64,000 nt of DNA from the human T2T-CHM13v2.0 reference genome, Homo sapiens: NCBI RefSeq assembly GCF_009914755.1, contig NC_060929.1. One strand, written 5' to 3'. Positions 59,170-64,000 of this stretch are shown in pieces (the first letter of the stretch is position 1; the number at the start of each line of letters is the position of its first letter). Made by a program: the position numbers and the translations under genes. The notes under the pieces are model-generated. The model had not been told where the DNA came from. It was given only the letters and a program-made list of their open reading frames with translations, and did not search any database.

Positions 59170-60769
59170 AGAGGCAACCCAAAACTATCAGCTCAACCTC
59201 CTTTCAAAGTTGCTTTGTATTAGTTTTCTGAGAACAAATGCAAACATTTTAACTGTTTGTCAGAGAGAGGGAGAGATAGCTCATGCTTATTTTTTCATTC
59301 ATAAGGGATAATGTGTAGCAGAGATGCTGTATGAAGTAAAATCCATTCTGCTGCTGTCTACTCTGGAATTTGGGCTTTCTTAAATGTTCCCTCTGTCTTT
59401 ACTATTGAGGATATGTGACCTCCAGAATGCAGCCAGAAAAGGAAATCAGGGTTTAGGGCTACTGGCAGGATGACATATTGATCTGCTTTCCTCACCCTAG
59501 TCAGGAATCCATAAGTCCTTTTTTGTAACTCAGACTAATGTTTTCTACAGCCAGAGACAACCTCTCAAAATAGCCACATCTGATGGCCTTTTTATCCATT
59601 GGGTGGTCTGGGTAGATGTTGGGTAGGCAATAAAATCAAAGATCAGCTGGAGTCAGGAGGGAAAACTGCTTTCTCACCATGGTAAGTGCCATCGACAGGT
59701 CTGAAAACCTACAAGGAGATTCAAGGGAGAGGAAATAACATTTAGAATCAGCAGCTTCTAGGAAAATAACTTATCTTATTCATTCTTTTCTTTGAGCCTC
59801 CTTTTCTTTGAGGGGCATTTTAAGGGCTGTGAACCATGACTTTTTTTCTGGTTTTAAAATACAATAATAAAGCAAAGGGGAGGGTGGATATGTTTTATGA
59901 GTGACCAGGAAATTAACAAACATCCACTGACATTTATTATATGCCAGAACCTGTGAGGGGCAGGCCTGAGGAGTACAATGCCCCAGCGACATCCCTTATT
60001 ACAAATACAAATGCCACCATTGCAATCTTCTAATTTCAGTCTTCTAATTACCCTGTCTATAAAAGGTTGTTATTTAAATCTGGCACCTTAGAAAATGTTA
60101 TATATGAGAATTCTTTAGGCTTTTAACCTAAATATGGAGCACCCTACTGCAAATGAGACATATAAAGAGGAACCATGCTTCAGTTCTCAAGTGATGCTAG
60201 GAGAACAGTATAATGGTAATGGTATGTAAAATAAATGGTTGGTATCCCTTCACACTAATATAAACCACACTGTGCTTTCCTGCCACAGCTGACCCCAACA
60301 GGTCAGCTCGCAAGAACAACTCAATCTATATGACAGGACTGGTTCATACAAGCTTAGTTTACTTTCACACCGGTTTGCAGTGCTGGTTTCTAAGAAGTCT
60401 CCATTGACATATGGCCCTCAGTAATATGGTCTCTACAATGACAATGCAGTTATCCCTCTAAATATCAAGTATAAGTAAATATTTCATTTATCTTCTCAGA
60501 ATAGTTAAGGATTTATTTACATAGAGAAAAATTCTAGAACTCTTATAATCTTGCTGAATCTTATTTTCTACTAGTTCTTGATACAACTCCCACTAGTGTT
60601 CTCTAAGGATGTGCTACAATATTCTGAAGCTGTGCCTTTATCAAGCTCTTCTTCCTCTAAAACTACCATTTTATGACCTAATTCCAACTAATTCTTCAAA
60701 GTTAAAATCAATTTCTCCTATCTCCTAGAAACATACTAGTAACAATAAATCTCTCCCTATAGACTACAT

Positions 60770-61015
60770 AATATAGAATAGAATGATTTAACGTTCAAAC
60801 TCTGCAATCACAGTGACTATGGTTCTGGTCTGTCCTAGCCAACTTACAAACTCAAACCCCTGGGCAAGTTACTTAATATTCCTAAGCTTCACCTTTTTCA
60901 TCCATTAATAAAAATAATAATAAGCTAATCACCAAAGAGCTGCTTTGAGGGTTTAAAGAAATATATGTAGGATCAAGCCCTTAGTAAATATTCAAATATA
61001 TTAGCTAATGTTAAT
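60770..61015 (+). mobile_element. MIR
   Basis: ctgggcaagttacttaatattcctaagcttca..aaaataataata..tgagggtttaaa. Confidence 0.75.
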
Positions 61016-62525
61016 AGTCAACTTTGTATCTTCTACTGCTTCAAAGATAGAACCAGAACAGTAAATATGTGATGAATTGTACAGAAACTAGTAAAAGATC
61101 ATGCAGCTGTATAAATATTTAGAATAGAATGCAAAGCAAGAATTAAGAAGCAACTAAGCCATTACACTCAGACAACATATCTTAAAGAGGATGTATCCTT
61201 AGAGACGCCTCCACATATTCAACTTCATGATGAAATGCAGTCTTCTTTTGGCCCCCTTGACTGGGTTCCCTCTGCACCTCTACAGTTGTTTCTTTGAATT
61301 CTTATGAAATCTCAAGTGTTTGCTTCCTCTATATAAATTTGCTAACATTCTTTGAATGAAGCTCATTCTCTTTTGTTTTCTAATCATTTCATGGTATTCT
61401 TATGGGTTTTAAGTAACTCATATAACTTTGTTACTCAACTATGGTATCTTTTAATTATTTTATTTTATTTTTATTATTGCTTGTTAGAATAATGAAGACA
61501 TGGTAAGTGTAAATTACACAAACTTTATTGTCTAAATGCTGGAGATAAAACAACTAGGAACAACAGAAAATTTTCTTAGAATCACACTGGTGCCACTCAG
61601 GATCTGCACTGACTACATGCCCCATGCTCACTGTTGTTAGAGGATGAAGAGCTTAATCAGCCTTTGTCAACTTTTCCTAACACTTAGCAGTCTTTAAATT
61701 AAGGCCTATCCTGTTCAGTCAATCACCAGTCTTCAAAATGATATGAAAGTCTAGAGCCAAAAAAGAGGAAAGGGAGAGTGAGCAAGATCCAACCAACTTT
61801 TATTTCCACATTTATTATGCTCTTGAAGCTTATTTTGTTTGGACTTCAGTTGCACCAATTTTTAATTTTAATTGTTTTGTCAAAGACATCAATTTTTTTT
61901 CACGATCTAGCTGATAAATCTTCACAGTGTGCTGGATTTTGTGAAGTTGTAAATGGCTAATTTATTTTTCTGCCAGGACTGAAGGGAAATATTTGACTAC
62001 ACATTCGGCATAAACTTTTAGCACCTATTGAACTACAGCATTTATTCTCTTCAGTGATGTTAACTTCATCAGAAAGTTCATCAATTGTATAAGCTAGATA
62101 GCATTTGGCAGATGATTTTATCTTCCCATAATATAGTATGAGCAGAGGTGCACCTACATAGCCCTCCCTCAGAAACATTTCAAAACCCAGTATTGATGAG
62201 GGTAGGGCATGTCCAGACTCTAGAGAGGAAACTTGACCTTGGGCTTTGAAGAAGCTCTTTGCCTGAGGGCATTACCCAGAGAGGGATCTGATAATTACTG
62301 AGTCACCAATATTCTCAGCAGCTAGTGGGATGGATGCCTTAGTTCTGAGGGAGGGCAAGAAACCACTTCAGTTGTCAAACTATGGCATTATGGAAAATAA
62401 AAGACGTGGTTAATACAATTTTCTACATAGAAATCTTTATCTTAGAGTCTGTCTGCCTGGGAACCAGGTAAAAATGACTTAAGTCTCAATACCTGTAATG
62501 CATAGTGTTTTAGCCTCTTAGTCCT

Positions 62526-62735
62526 CCAAATGTTGCACTGGTAAGTGTTAAATTACTAGTTTTTCAAAAAGAGGAAAAAAATCCTATTCTGTAACTTTTC
62601 CCAATTTTCATAGCATAAATGATGTCATCATGGCTGATTTCAAGCTATCAACATGATGTCACTGAAAGGTGATCTGGGAAAGATGCACATGTGTATTCTG
62701 GGGAGTCGCTGTGAACTGGATCCAGCACACCACTG
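62526..62735 (+). mobile_element. MER63A-like hAT MITE
   Basis: catggctgatttcaagctatcaacatgatgtcactgaa...tccagcacaccactg. Confidence 0.8.
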
Positions 62736-62929
62736 GCTCCTCCTTGGGGAGGATAAAGGCATTTTTATAAAACATATTCAACAATTAAAGTATAATAAAA
62801 TGTTGTCTAACTAGAACCTAATTATTAAGATTTTTCTACTATTCCCTTTGCCCACATTTCCACATGGTTTAGGTTTGCAAACTGATATTTCTCAGGCTTC
62901 CCCAGGATGAAAAATGAAATCACATTGGC

Positions 62930-63882
62930 AAAAATAATACAGGAAAAGATGGTTTCGTAGGTAAATTCTACCAAATTTTTAAAGAATAATTAACACCTAT
63001 CCTTTAAAAAAAATCCAAAAGTTGAAGAGGAGTGACCACTTCCAAAGCCAGACAAAGAATGAAATAAAACTACATGCTAATATCTCTGATAAATACAGAT
63101 GCAAACATTCTCAACAAAATACTAGAAAAATGAATAAGCCACACATCAAATGGATTATACACCATGATCAAGTGAGATTTGTCCCTGGGCTACAAGTATA
63201 ATTTCAACATATACAAATCAATTAATGTACATATCACATTAACAGAATGAAGTATAAAAATCACACTATTGTCTCAACAGATGCAGTAACAGGGTTGGAC
63301 AGAATTCAATACCCTTTTATGATAAAAATTCTCAATACACTACAAATAGAAATAAATTATTTTATATAGAATTCAGACAAAAAGAAGCATGAAATATGTC
63401 ATTTTCAGCAACACGGATGAAACTACAGGTCATTATGTTAAGTGAAATAAACCAGGCACAGAAAGACAAATATCACATTTTCTCACTCATACGTGGGAGT
63501 TAAAAAAATGCTGATCTCATGGAAGTAGAGACTAGAATAATATTTACCAAAGGCTGGGAAGGGTATGTGTGGTGGAGGTGGGGTGGGGGAGAGATGAGGA
63601 GAGGTAGGTTTATGTGTACAAATATGCAATTAGATAGAAGGAATAAGTTCTAATGTTTGATAGCACAGCAAGGTGACTACAGTTAACAATATATTTTATA
63701 TTTCAAAACAGCTGGAAGAGAATATTTGAAATGTCCCCAACACAATAAATGATAAATGCTCAAGGTGATAGATATTCTAAATACCCTGACTTGATTACAC
63801 AGTCTATGTGTGTATCAAAATTTCACAATTATACCAAAAATATGTGCAAATATTATGTATCAATTACAAATTTGATAATAAA
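62930..63882 (+). mobile_element. L1MA5/6-like element: ORF2 piece (62930-63365) joined across a large deletion to the 3' end (63385-63882)
   Basis: gatgcaaacattctcaacaaaatactag..catgatcaagtg; ttagatagaaggaataagttct..taccctgacttgatt..attatgtatcaatt. Confidence 0.85.
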
Positions 63883-64000
63883 AGTCTTATGCAATTAAAA
63901 GCAATTAGGAACAGAAATGTAAAACCACATATGGCAAGCTTATAGCATACATCATACTCAGTTGAGATTAATTACACTTTTTTTCTGCAAGGCAAGAATG

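Noticed and set aside
61830-62180. Possible coding exon after tttatttttctgccag (61977)
   Set aside because: All three plus frames hit stops within ~15 codons, and I do not recognise the minus-strand ORF.
62190-62470. Possible LTR33/LTR16-like ERVL fragment
   Set aside because: Resemblance too weak to call by eye.

Overview
AT-rich, CpG-poor primate genomic DNA. It is almost certainly human, because it carries an L1HS-Ta element with human-specific diagnostic bases. The window is dominated by interspersed repeats: nested L1s of many ages, Alus, MIR/L2, Tigger/MER DNA transposons, MLT1 LTRs and a complete THE1A provirus. I found no recognisable host protein-coding exon, RNA gene or CpG island. 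All long ORFs come from L1 ORF2 or the THE1A internal region, so this is probably intronic or intergenic DNA. I did not find a convincing new biological system. The most notable structures are: (1) a very young, 5'-inverted L1HS Ta-1 insertion at 32118-34000 with a perfect 19-bp TSD, probably polymorphic; (2) a second twin-primed L1PA3-like insertion at 11016-14629; (3) a THE1A internal ORF intact except for one frameshift; (4) a 62-bp locally templated insertion inside a MIR; (5) a 124-bp TSD-flanked mini-insertion; (6) a ~520-bp pure A/T tract with inverted ends; (7) a six-monomer tandem array in an old L1 5' UTR; (8) a scrambled L1MA. Subfamily names come from remembered consensus sequences, and the boundaries of old repeats are approximate.
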